A stretch of 63,509 nt of DNA, filler included, from Dicyema japonicum (Eukaryota; Animalia; Dicyemida): the NCBI GenBank assembly GCA_011109175.1. It is 9 parts of 9 records of this genome, joined end to end, with 100 filler letters (N's around TTAATTAATTAA, not from the genome) between each part and the next. Parts side by side here need not be neighbours in the genome. Positions count along the whole stretch, not along the records: positions 41,722 to 55,442 come from RDEW01000189.1; positions 55,543 to 58,686 come from RDEW01000345.1; positions 58,787 to 63,509 come from RDEW01000304.1; 6 more parts are not named here. One strand, given 5' to 3'. Each line of letters begins with the position of its first letter. Position 1 is the first letter of the stretch. Below, piece after piece: positions 52,508-63,509 of this stretch. Under the pieces are notes generated by a model, which was not told the origin of the DNA, searched no databases, and was given only the letters and a program-made list of their open reading frames with translations. A program made the translations under genes and the position numbers.

Positions 52508-54899
52508 TTATTATAAGCAACTACATAGAATCATATAAACTATAATTCTATTCGTGCCGCGTCTGAACAATCCTCTTAATTAGCATTTCCCATCCCCTCC
52601 TGTCCGATGCCAAGTGCCGCAGACTACTAAGCTCTTCACCGTCCTTTAGTAGTCTGGTTACTGATCTCAGGTCACCATTAAGGACTTCCGGAAGAGTTAT
52701 TCTTGGACGACCTCTGAACTTCTCCCCTGACGTATCGAAGTATTCTTCCATGACGACGTTTGCTGGCGTGTCTTGTTCCAATCTGAGAATATGGCCAAAC
52801 AATCTCCAGCGAGCCTTCATGATCATGGTGCTCAGAGGTCCGGAACCGCATCTTCTATATAAATTTTCACTCCCTACACGCATTGGCCACTTTAGTCCCA
52901 AGAGAGACCGAAGTTGCCTTCTGTGAAAGGAGTCAAGGTTTTGTTCGTCCGTTTTCGAAATTCCCCACGTCCCAGAGTTGTATGTTAGTATGGGCCTCAC
53001 GAACGCCTCATACAACCTGAGTCGGAGTGATGGCCCGACCGAGCATTTTCTTATCCAACATTTCATAAGTTTTTGCATAGTAACCGTAGATAACAATTTT
53101 CTTCTTGCAATGTCTTCGGAGTCTCCGAGAAGAGAGCCAAGCTTTACGGTCTTCCTCCAACATTCACTATTGCGTAGTTCCATCCGCTTAATTTCAACAA
53201 TATCCGTTTTCTGAACATTCAGTGATAGACACCATTTGGCCAAACAGCCTGATGCAACCTCCAAGAGACGTAAGAGTGCTTCTTTGTCAGTCGAGATAAA
53301 GTCAACATCATCGGCATACACGATCTCCATAATATCATTGTTGTAATACTTCCGGAGGTCTTGCAGAGCCGATTCAAGGTATATAGCAAACAATACTGGG
53401 GAAAGGGAATCTCCTTGGGGTGTGCCCACTGTTGAAATAATTTCCCGTGACAAACATTTTCCAATACGCACTCGTAACCTCGTGTTTGATAAGAGTATCC
53501 GTATCAGAATAACCGAGTCCTTATCCAGGAAACTTTCAAGCACTTCAATGAGTTTTCCCCGACGGACAGTGTCGAAAGCTCTGGTCAGATCAATTCCAAG
53601 GATAGTCTTTGAGCTCCGGAATCTTTGTTGAATAGCACATTGCCATCTATGGCACCATACTACATCAGCCGTTGATCTCCCTGTCCTAAAACCACTCTGG
53701 CTCTGGGCCAAGTACCCGTCCACCGGCTCTTGGATCCGATTAAGAGTAATTAGGGCAAGGATCTTCCTTAAGGTGTTTAGAAGGATGACAGGGCGCAGGT
53801 TTTCAACTGGCCCAGGGGGTTTATTACCTTTTTGAACTGGTACTAGTATCCCCTTTCCAATTTCTGAAAAGTCCTTGTTTTCTATCATGTCATTCAGCAA
53901 TTTTGAGAGTTTATCTGCAAGTTCTGGAGGGCCAAATTTTAGCAATTCAGATGGTATATTATCTGGTCCTGGAGAGCGCCCAGATTTAAGTTTCCTTATC
54001 GCCATGCAAACCTCCTCCGGTGAAATGATCCGTTCAAGTGTTGTGTTCTTAGGCGTGAAATCTGATTTTTCTCCTTTTACAAAGAACAGTTGTTCAATAT
54101 GCGATGCTATGAACTCTGTCTGTTCTGCAACATTTCCTATTGTTTTTCCATTTCTGTCATGCAAAATAAGTTTCACTGATTGGCTCTTCCTCCGTATTAG
54201 TCGTATAGCCATGAATGTCGCAGCATTGTCTTTAAGGTTTTCTACCTCTCTGATCTTGCTTTCCAACTGACTAGTGTGATGTAGTCTGTTTAGGAGTTTG
54301 ATTTTTCTCTCAATTTGCCTTCGTTCTTGTTTCAGTTTGCAAACAGTCTGAGGATCGACAGTATTTTCGGATCTAAGCCTTAAGTTCTTCTGCAAATTCA
54401 ATAGGGCTGACACTTCCGGGTGACGCTGACTGCTATGGGGTTTAAGTTCCCCCAATGTTTGTCAGCAGCGGAAATGATCCCTCTCCTAGTTTCGAGCCAT
54501 GCCTTTCCTGGTGAAAGATCCGATGCCGTATTATTAATTGAATCCGATACACATTCTTTATAGTCTGCTTGTACTTTTGGTGAAGAGCCCAAGAGTTCAG
54601 TCATATACCTTCTTGATCGCGTGGAATCTCCACCACGATGTGTTTGGAAGAAGCATCTTCTATTAGTTATCCCGTAGAGGAACTCCTCCGCAGTTGGACC
54701 AAGTCTTAAGCTGAATCTTGCTGACACAATTTTGTGATCACTGTTAACAGTTAGTCCTCCATAAGATCTCGAGTCCCGTAAGAGAGATTTGTCTTTTACT
54801 CGACACAGAATATAATCGATCTGATTATAAATCCTTATCAGATTTCCGGTGGTCGATAGTCTAGTGCCCATCCACGTTGTCTTGTGGCGTGCGGAATGT
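52508..54899 (-). mobile_element. Young, 5'-truncated RTE-clade LINE (endonuclease end plus complete RT), 18-bp TSD, (TAA)n tail
   Basis: ORFs 54398-54871 (NQIDYIL...SDHKIV) and 52548-54455 (SPGPDNIP, QSGFR, DLTRAFDTV, GTPQGDSLSP, YADD, WRLFGHILR), joined by one frameshift. TGGCACCCGGCTTTATTA occurs at 52490-52507 and 54900-54917. Confidence 0.93.
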
Positions 54900-55149
54900 T
54901 GGCACCCGGCTTTATTAAAATTTTTTAATTAAAATTAATTTATAAAATTTATTATTAACTATTATATTTTTTTTTTTTAAATGCAAAAATTTATTAACAA
55001 TAAAATATTATTTATTAACTATGGGGGAGAGCGGCTGATGGGCAGATCAAATGATGCTTTAGACCGAGTAGCCATGTGTTTCTTCTTGATGAGTTTTAAT
55101 TAATTATGAAATCAGCGACTATTTTGAGAACTTATTCGTTACTTAGATT

Positions 55150-55315
55150 ATCCTCGGTTGTAGGTTCCACGGATATACGATACTTTGGGTTGACGAGTGA
55201 TGCTGTCATCAGTGTTTAACACTGAGGAGCTGATTGTCTTATGGCCTTGGATTAATTAGCATTACTGTTCTTGCTTCTTAAAATAAAGTGAGTTCTGTCT
55301 AAGGTGAGGTTTAAG
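55150..55315 (+). mobile_element. Diverged copy of the SINE body
   Basis: GGGTTGACGAGTGATGCTGTCATCAGTG..CACTG...ACTGTTCT...AATAAAGTG. Confidence 0.6.
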
Positions 55316-58300
55316 TAATGGAAACATTACCTACTCAATATCGGGAGGGCTGTTTAGACTTTTTAGCACAGAAGACGATTCAATCTTCCTTAATATTATT
55401 TTAAAAGAGCTGTAATTTTTTTAGTAGGTTGATGTTTATCAANNNNNNNNNNNNNNNNNNNNNNNNNNNNNNNNNNNNNNNNNNNNTTAATTAATTAANN
55501 NNNNNNNNNNNNNNNNNNNNNNNNNNNNNNNNNNNNNNNNNNGGTAGGAAACGTCCTCCTGGAGTTAATGAAACCCTGAAGTATATTCCACATCACCGTG
55601 ATGGTGTTAAATTTGCTTAGGGTGTACATGAGATTATATCAGATACTATCCGCTTTTTCATGGCTTTGTTTCTGATCTATTTCTCCAAGGTACGAATTCT
55701 CTCTCTGTTTCCCAAGATTGAATTTGTAGACTTTTAAACTAATTTCTCTCCTTAATAATATGAGTTTCCCTTAAGTTTATTATTATTTATTTATTAACCC
55801 CGGATACACCGAGAAAGAAGTTAAAGTGACCAACTAATTAAGTGCATCCAGTTTCCACTTCTGCAGAAACAGAGTGCATCCGGAATCAGCATAAAGGGTA
55901 AGACGTCCATTACATGCAGTTGTGGAAACCCCTCCAGTGGAGTGGGGAAGAGCAAATGATCCTTTTTCATGCCAGCCTGGCACTGGGCTTCACCTAGACA
56001 GGTGGATCACATGACGCCACTCTATTAGGAAGAGAGAGGAGGAACAGACAAGCAAGCAGAAAATTTAAACCAATTAACCATGCAGCACCACATGGCGCCA
56101 CGCGGAAAACAATAAGTTGACAATCATTAATGGAACAAATTTAAAATTATTAATTTTTTGACGGACCCGAAATATAAGCAAAAATATATATTAATATAAA
56201 TTATATATTAATTTAAAAGTTGATTGTACAACTGATTTTAATTTCAAGTAAATCAAAACACTTGCTCCAATGAAACCCAGCACCAAAACAGTAACGGTAA
56301 TTCCTATTATCAGAGGTTTTTTGGATTTCTCTTCACCCAAACAACCGGATTCTAAAATTTACTAATAAATCAAACTATCTCCGATAAATCCATAATACGT
56401 ATCATACCTAAAAAATTGTGCTCTAAAATTTGAAATATTAAGGAAAATATTGTTAGGAAAATAAATGGGAATAAATTCACAGTAGTATTGATCGCTAGAA
56501 TTTATATGTTTGAAATTTGGTAACGCATTTTGGGGGTTGCTTTTGTTATAGGTAATATTAGTAATGTGAGTTCTATCATTTAATAACTCAGCCGTTATTT
56601 CAATCTCTAATTCGGGTCTTGGTAACGCATTTTGGGGGTTGCTTTTGTTATAGGTAATATTAGTAATGTGAGTTCTATCATTTAATAATTCAGCCGTTAT
56701 TTCAATCTCTAATTCGGGTCCCTTTAATTTAAGCTTAATTTGATTCTGAAGCAGCTCTCCGTGCATAAAATAAGTTTCGTTTAATGTATGTGCATTCTAA
56801 TATTACAGATATATTACATTATTATTTATCACTGTTATTATCCCACTAATTAGACCCACAATCTTATTTCCTTTTATAAAATACCAGTACGGAACATTTA
56901 GGTCATTGTCAGGATTACAGTCAGTAACTAATTTTCATAAGAAAAAGCTAACCTGGGCCATTAAAATAAGAATGTTTCTTATTGTGATTTTTGGCTTTAA
57001 TGTTATAGATTGTAAGATAAATATCCAGAAAACTCATAAATGTGTACGCACATCTATAATAACCATCATGTTTGATATTTTCAAGTACAGTACTATTACT
57101 GATTGAACCTACTGTGAAATATTAAATTTAAAATTACGGAAATAGAAGGTAATTTCTATTTTTATCAGATAATCATACTCAAAATAATCAAATTCACATT
57201 TCATAGAATACATCAATGATTTGTTGATAGGAATATACATTTCAAGGTTACCATCGAATATTTTTTCGTAAATTTCACTGGTTGATTTCTATATTAATGT
57301 CATAACATACGCTTTGGTCATTATTGTATGTTAAATTAAATAATCCATAAAGTTTTATTTTGCTCTCAATTTGTTTTATTACTGCGATGAGAAAGATTAA
57401 CAATTGCATAAAATATTCTGCATCTGGTACTGTTATTATTTGACCCAACTGGTTTACTTTTATTATAAATTAAATAAATAAATTATTATTATTAATATTA
57501 TTATTATATATATATATACAGTCCACTGTATTGAAGCGGACCCTAGAGAGCATAACACTGGAGCATAGGGGGCAGAGCCCGGAAATGACATATGTGCAGT
57601 GGGTTCAATTGGACAAGGCGCTCTCGGTTTTGTTTCAGAAACCAGAATCGAACCTGCCTGAGGAGGCTGACGAACAGTTGTTGATTATTAAATATTTACA
57701 TTTTATTGTTGGTTAAATAAAGTGGGTNGGGTTCAATTGGACAAGGCGCTCTCGGTTTTGTTTCAGAAACCAGAATCGAACCTGCTTGAGGAGGCTGACG
57801 AACAGTTGTTGATTATTAAATATTTACATTTTATTGTTGGTTAAATAAAGTGGGTTATTAATTAAGTTTTATATTAATTAGTTCGTTTATTAAATTGTTA
57901 CAATTTTAACGGCGATGAGTTTTGGAATCGACCCCAGCTTCCGGAACAACGTCTTTTGGATTACTTTGCTTGGGTGATGGTTTGGGTGGAACGCATCAGA
58001 ATCAAGGAATTAGTTAAGTTTTATCCTTTTCTTTGGAATAATTTGATTTATTAAATTTTATATTAATAAGAAAATATTGCATCTCAAATTTATTCTCACC
58101 TTCAATAATGGATAACAAATTTTTTTCTGTAGACTTTAGTCAGTTTGAAATAATGTCTGTCTCATTTCCGCTTTCTTTCAAACTGAGTATTTTGAGGATC
58201 TGTCAGTGCCCTGCTCTGTTCAATTTGCAAATAAGCAATTTTCCGACCAACTATAAAACATTCCTTTCATCATATGCGGATGACCTCATTATCGCCTCAA

Positions 58301-58786
58301 AAAACAGTGACATCAACGACGCAACTAATTATTTCCAACATCACTTGTACTCTCTTGAAAACTGATTAGGCGTAAGCCATCTCTTCATGTCCCTTAAAAT
58401 CTACTGTTACTCTATCCAGTATGACCATTTCCAGTTCCTCCTAATTATCACATTTCTTAGAAAAACGATCAAGTGGCATCATCCCAAGAGAGATTCAAAT
58501 TAGACTTAATACTAACTAGGGCGATTTTTTGACTTTATAAATCCGAAATTTTGAACTAAAAATTCACTTTATTGACTTTAAAAATTAAAAAATTTGACCA
58601 TTTTTGACATATTTATCTAGAAAAAAAATTTCAAAATATTAAAAAAATAATCAAAACTTTTTTAAAATATAGAATAATGTAATTCANNNNNNNNNNNNNN
58701 NNNNNNNNNNNNNNNNNNNNNNNNNNNNNNTTAATTAATTAANNNNNNNNNNNNNNNNNNNNNNNNNNNNNNNNNNNNNNNNNNNN

Positions 58787-59532
58787 GCGAATGAACTCTC
58801 TTTCTGCCAACCTATCTCAGTTCAGAAATAGCAGAGTATCCAGAATATTGCAGCCAATAGTGGAGGCGAATGACGCGTCTGAACTGAGCAGCTGCGTCAA
58901 CGTGGATTCAGAGGGATCTCTACAGTCTCTTCATATAGAGACTCAGGGGAATTCTCCGGGGTACCGAAATTTGTCTATTTTCTACAAATCTATATTTAAT
59001 AAACTGAAAGACAGGTAATTCAATGATAAACCTTTAGGCTTGACAGGGAAATATTGACGGTTTTGTCTCTCCAACGGGAAAACAGAGTAAGAATCCTTTA
59101 TTAATTTGTAGGATCTTAACGCGGCCCTTCAGAAGGCAGGAGATGAAAAGAACGTGCTGTATATTAAATTAAGCAGATGTGAGTTGTTGAACAACTATTT
59201 GAGGAAGAAACACGAATTGTATATTTCATTTAAAAGTCAGAATGTCACAATTTACTAGAGAGGACGAAAATACACTACCACACTCCCTATACAAGCACAT
59301 GGAGTCTAAAATACGAGATTTATCACAGGATCGTCTTCAGCTGCGACTAAAACTTCTCAACTGCCAAAACCAACTGAGCGAATTATCCATGCTCATTCAA
59401 ACAGAAAGCAAATCCTCTAAAGAAATCGCTCCGAAAATTCCCCAGGACTTGCCATGTGCTAAACAATCAAAACCAGCAGCCACGTGCTCAACAAAACAGA
59501 AAACAAAAAAATTGACTAAGAAAATTCAATAA
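58787..59532 (+). CDS. Uncharacterised coiled-coil protein, multi-exon, possibly 5'-incomplete
   Basis: Open frame after removing GT-AG introns of 23, 25 and 22 nt: ...FNKLKDRLDREILTVLSLQRENRDLNAALQKAGDEKNVLYIKLSRCELL...KIRDLSQDRLQLRLKLLNCQNQL. Confidence 0.6.
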
Positions 59533-59569
59533 AGCAAAAAGTTTATTTTACATTACGAAATTGAATAAG

Positions 59570-62046
59570 CTATTGAGTACGTTTCTTCCGTTTGTTTCCC
59601 CGACCTCTATGGCACTTCGGACGAGGAGGACGTTCACTGAATGGGCCATAAGAATAACACCCAAGAACGGGAGGATAGTACATGTAGTTTTGAGGAAACA
59701 GAGGATAAGTAGCAGGTCCTTGCATATTGTAAGCATACGGGTCATAGTAAGGAGGTGGAATAGAATAGTTAGAAGTAGTCGTTAAATGAGGGGAAAAGGG
59801 TATCTGCTCGAAAAAATTAGGCTGGGAAGTAATGGTAGGAACATGTGGATTCAGTTTCTTAACCACTGGTTTATTCTGGTTGCCTTTAGAATGTTCCAAT
59901 GGCGACTGAATAAAAGTCTTTTTCACGGGTTTAGAGATTTTGAAGGAAAGCTTCGACTTTTCCGGCTCTGTCGATTTTGCGGGAAGATCAACTGCCGGGC
60001 TAAATACAAATACAACCTTCCTGGGAATCTTTGTAATCTGAGGTTGACATGTCGGACGTGGCCTTGCTGGAATCAACTCCGTACACGAGTGACCTCAGAT
60101 CAGTGCCGCGGTGAGAAGCCATATTTCCCACCGGACCAATAGGTCTAGAGTCGGAAGAAGAACACGAAAACTGGGAAGAGGATCCACTATGAATGACAGA
60201 GTCGCATTCCTCTATCTGACTCAACAGTTTTTGTCGCAGTCTCATCAAAGAAAGGCTGATTGAGGGAGTCCAACGATGGGTTGTTATAAATTTGAATCTC
60301 CCTATGACTCTCCTCCTCGTCATCACTAATCTCCCCTTCCTCCAACGAACTCCCAGAGCTGTCAGCAGCACCATCCATGTACTTCCTCGCGGACTGTTTG
60401 GTATTTTTGATAGTTTTCCTCCCAGCAGAGTCGGTAGAGTGATTTTTCTGAGATTTAGCCGTTTCGGCAGCTTTCTTCAAATTCTGCAAAAATTACCATA
60501 AAACAACTTCAATTTGCCGTTTTATCCCGCCAATTTGTTTATTTGAATTTAAATAATCATCAACAGTCACGTTGTAGCATTCAACCAAATTATCAGTAGT
60601 GAGTGGCATTCCAAACATCTGAGACTTCATAAAATACAAGATACGGTAAGAAAATGGGCAGAATAATCTTTCACCACTTGCTCCTCCAGTGACTTCACCT
60701 CAGATTTTATTTTTTCCATTTGTCCCGCTAATTCCGAATTTATCGCCTCAATAAATAGGCAACCTACCTTCATTTGGCCAATCTTCGACTCACAAGACTC
60801 CACAAACTCCGCAGAGTTGATGACATCGACAAAATCATTCATAAGTACAACAATACCTCCCAATTTGTCCGTCGTGTGACTCGGACTCTGGATGACCTCA
60901 GACTTTAGACGACTGTAGTACGCCTCAATCTATCCTCAATAACTAGTGATACCATGGTAGAGTCCACCGTGTGCAAATAGAAGCAGAATGGGTCATTAGT
61001 CCAAGACACACCACCAGTCACTGCGGGAAGCTCGCGCACGTGCATCATTGAAGATATGTCAGTCTGAGACCGCTCACATAGTCGATTTCTGGCACCACAG
61101 AAAGGACGGGAGGATATCACCTGTGTTCCGTCTTTCAATTGGGCGAAAATGTCTCTCAGCTACCAATAACACCCACCCTCATGCCTTGTTGTCCAACTCC
61201 GGCCCAAAGGAGTAGTTGTTCACAAAAATTACCCTTAACTAAAAACAAGAATTACGTGGCACGATGAATCGCATCCTCAAAGCGTTGTTCGAGGAAATCC
61301 CCCTTGTAAAGCTAGGAGTGGCAAGCTACAGCAACCTCCACGGGGCTGTATGACTGACCACAGAAAGACATAAGAGATGTAAAGTTGGTTTCAAGGGTCT
61401 GAGTCACACCGAAATGAACCTTAGCGTAGTCTGACGGGACCTTGGACTTCTCTATGCCCACACAGCGGTGGAACTTCCGGGAGGCGGCGACTTGGAGGAT
61501 GACCTGTCCCACGCCTGGAATACTTAGGAAGACTACCGCTGCCAAGGTCAAGAAACACTCCACCGCTGTTTCCTCCAATGCTGTCAAGGACCACCTCCAC
61601 CATAGGTGGTAACGTTTCCCCGTACACTTCGGGGGAGAATGGCTTATATTTCCGCAGTTTTTTAGGATTATCCACGGCCCAGTGGTAGGAAAGGTCAAGA
61701 ATCATACGCACGTAGGGCATATGAGGCATGGAATACAAGGGACACTGAAATAACGTATGAGTCACTACCAGCTGTTTGAACGTGCTGATCTGCCGATTGA
61801 ACAAGGAAAAAAGTCGGATAAGACTCTCTTTGCTAAAATACAGGAAATCGAGAACCTTCCGTCGAATTGGGATAGGATGTGGTCGACGGGGGCAGAGATG
61901 TCGGCCGCTATTTGCACAACTAGGCTGAGTACCTCCATTAGTTCTTCGAAGATGGAAGAAGGCTTTGAATAATTACACTGATTAACTGATTTACTATCGC
62001 TAAATTGTATTGGTGAGCCACCAAAAGGACTGCTGAGTTTGTACAT
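59570..62046 (-). CDS. DOT1L: Histone H3K79 methyltransferase DOT1L, multi-exon
   Basis: MYKLSSPFGGSP; YKPFSPEVYGET; FLDLGSGVGQVILQVAA; GIEK; KGDFL; IFVNNYSFGPELD; VISSRPFC; VSWTNDPFCFYLHTVD. Introns of 19-25 nt; Ser/Pro-rich C-terminus. Confidence 0.9.
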
Positions 62047-63509
62047 TACAAAACACTTATGTAAAAATTTAAAATTATTATTTTTATTTTAATACAATTT
62101 TAAATAAAATTTTATTTTATGGCTTTTTTAATCATAAAACAATTTATTAAGAATAATTCAATGTAATGTTGCTATGACCGGTCTATTAGCATTTTATGCT
62201 ATATTAGCATCACAATAATCAATCAGTTGAAAGGAAAGTATATTGTCGACTCTAGAGCATATGATTATTCTCAGCTATTCGAATACTCATATCAGGGTCC
62301 CAATCCGAAGAATGGACTGTCAAACCTTATTTATCAATAAATAATATAATTGTGTCCTCGTCATTTGCCGGGGATGTGCTTTTCAAGGGACAATAACCCG
62401 ATTGTGTTGAGACTCTAAAGACCTATTTGTATGTTGCGGAGTTCTACAAAGTTTCAGGATCTTCATTTTTTATCATCTTACAGGAGTCTTAACACGGGGC
62501 TATCCCATCACTTTTTGGCACTCGTCAAAAAACGAGATGTTTTAAAGAAAACGCAGTTTGAGGACTTATGTCTTCTTTACGTTCCCTCACTTCAATAATA
62601 TCGTAATTAATTCCAAAGCAATCATTCCTACAAATGGAGTACTTCAATCTAAAACCCACACCCCCATACCTTCTTCACCCTAATCCGAGTTGTTGCTTCC
62701 GTTACTTCACTACCCGCAACCCGTGCGTCTGACCACGGCGAGATATAATCGATTCACCTTAAGCATCTGTACCACGGGCTAAGGCTGCATTAAATGACTT
62801 ATCAATTATTCTATCGATTCACACCTTCTTGTACAATGTGTTGGAAAACCTTGTTCAAATTTCCTAGATCTTCCATTATCTAGCATGCCTACTGGTCAGG
62901 TCATTCAACTACGACGCATCTTGGATCTACAGTTTATCACCGATAGATCACCATTTTACCATTAACAAATTTTATTGCTAAAAGAAGTAGTTTTAGTGTA
63001 GTTTTTAGGCTTCTCGTAAAGCAAGTTCTACCACAGCTAGGACTCTCTCCTGCGATTTCAGATCCCAATCATAATTCATTTCGCGCTGCGGTGTATGATT
63101 CGAGGATCGCAATTCTTCAGAAAGTTTGCCATCCTTTCCTCTGTTACTTCCTGATCGACATTAATAGCCTATTTCATTTAAAGTATCGTCGAGCTGCTTG
63201 TGCGAGGCAATCTTGATTCCTCCGCTCTTCGACTTCTCAAGATGTGAGATAACACATTCCTTGTATGCAGTATAATAAATTAACTGAACCAGAAAACTGC
63301 CGTCATAGACAGAATGAACAAGTTCAGGTGATCCCGAGCAGTCCGAGGGAACTCCTCTTCATGGTCATTTTTGGATATAATTTAGGATTATATCTGACGC
63401 CAACAAAGATGGTGAACCTAATAATTCAGTGTAATACCGTCCCTCAAGTTCATAGAGGAGCCATGGAATTATCGTACACGAAAAAAATAAACAAAAACAT
63501 CTCCGTTTT

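Noticed and set aside
52978-54270. Antisense ORFs over the LINE, and over DOT1L at 59561-60501
   Set aside because: Shadow ORFs of GC-richer coding strands with no recognisable motifs.
5289-58786. Recurrent TTAATTAATTAA between N runs as a biological motif, and gene clustering across it (e.g. ciliary genes CFAP69 and CCDC39 close together)
   Set aside because: It is an identical 100-nt linker with stops in six frames, so the joined scaffolds are not known neighbours.

Overview
Eukaryotic, very AT-rich sequence made of at least nine separate scaffolds joined by eight artificial 100-nt linkers (N44-TTAATTAATTAA-N44), so adjacency across linkers is not biological. Host genes use the standard genetic code and are split by extremely short spliceosomal introns (about 19-35 nt): CFAP69 (3' part), FTSJ3/SPB1, CCDC39, eIF2-alpha, DOT1L and an unnamed coiled-coil gene. 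Animal-type motile-cilia genes plus ~25-nt introns suggest a dicyemid-like (mesozoan) parasite, which is inference only. The rest is mostly transposon debris: RTE, I/Jockey-like, CRE and R4 non-LTR retrotransposons, pogo/Tigger, hAT-Charlie, Merlin, a probable Helitron end, a tRNA-derived SINE and a beta-tubulin pseudogene. No clear multi-gene novel system is visible. The best leads are candidate 19-nt introns, GC/GG donor introns, two intron-size populations, an eIF2-alpha lacking the KGYID motif, a young RTE copy whose 18-bp TSD overlaps a tRNA-SINE head, a gag-only retroelement with an HDV-like 5' structure, and two repeat families with covarying hairpins. Homologies come from reading and recall, not from database searches.
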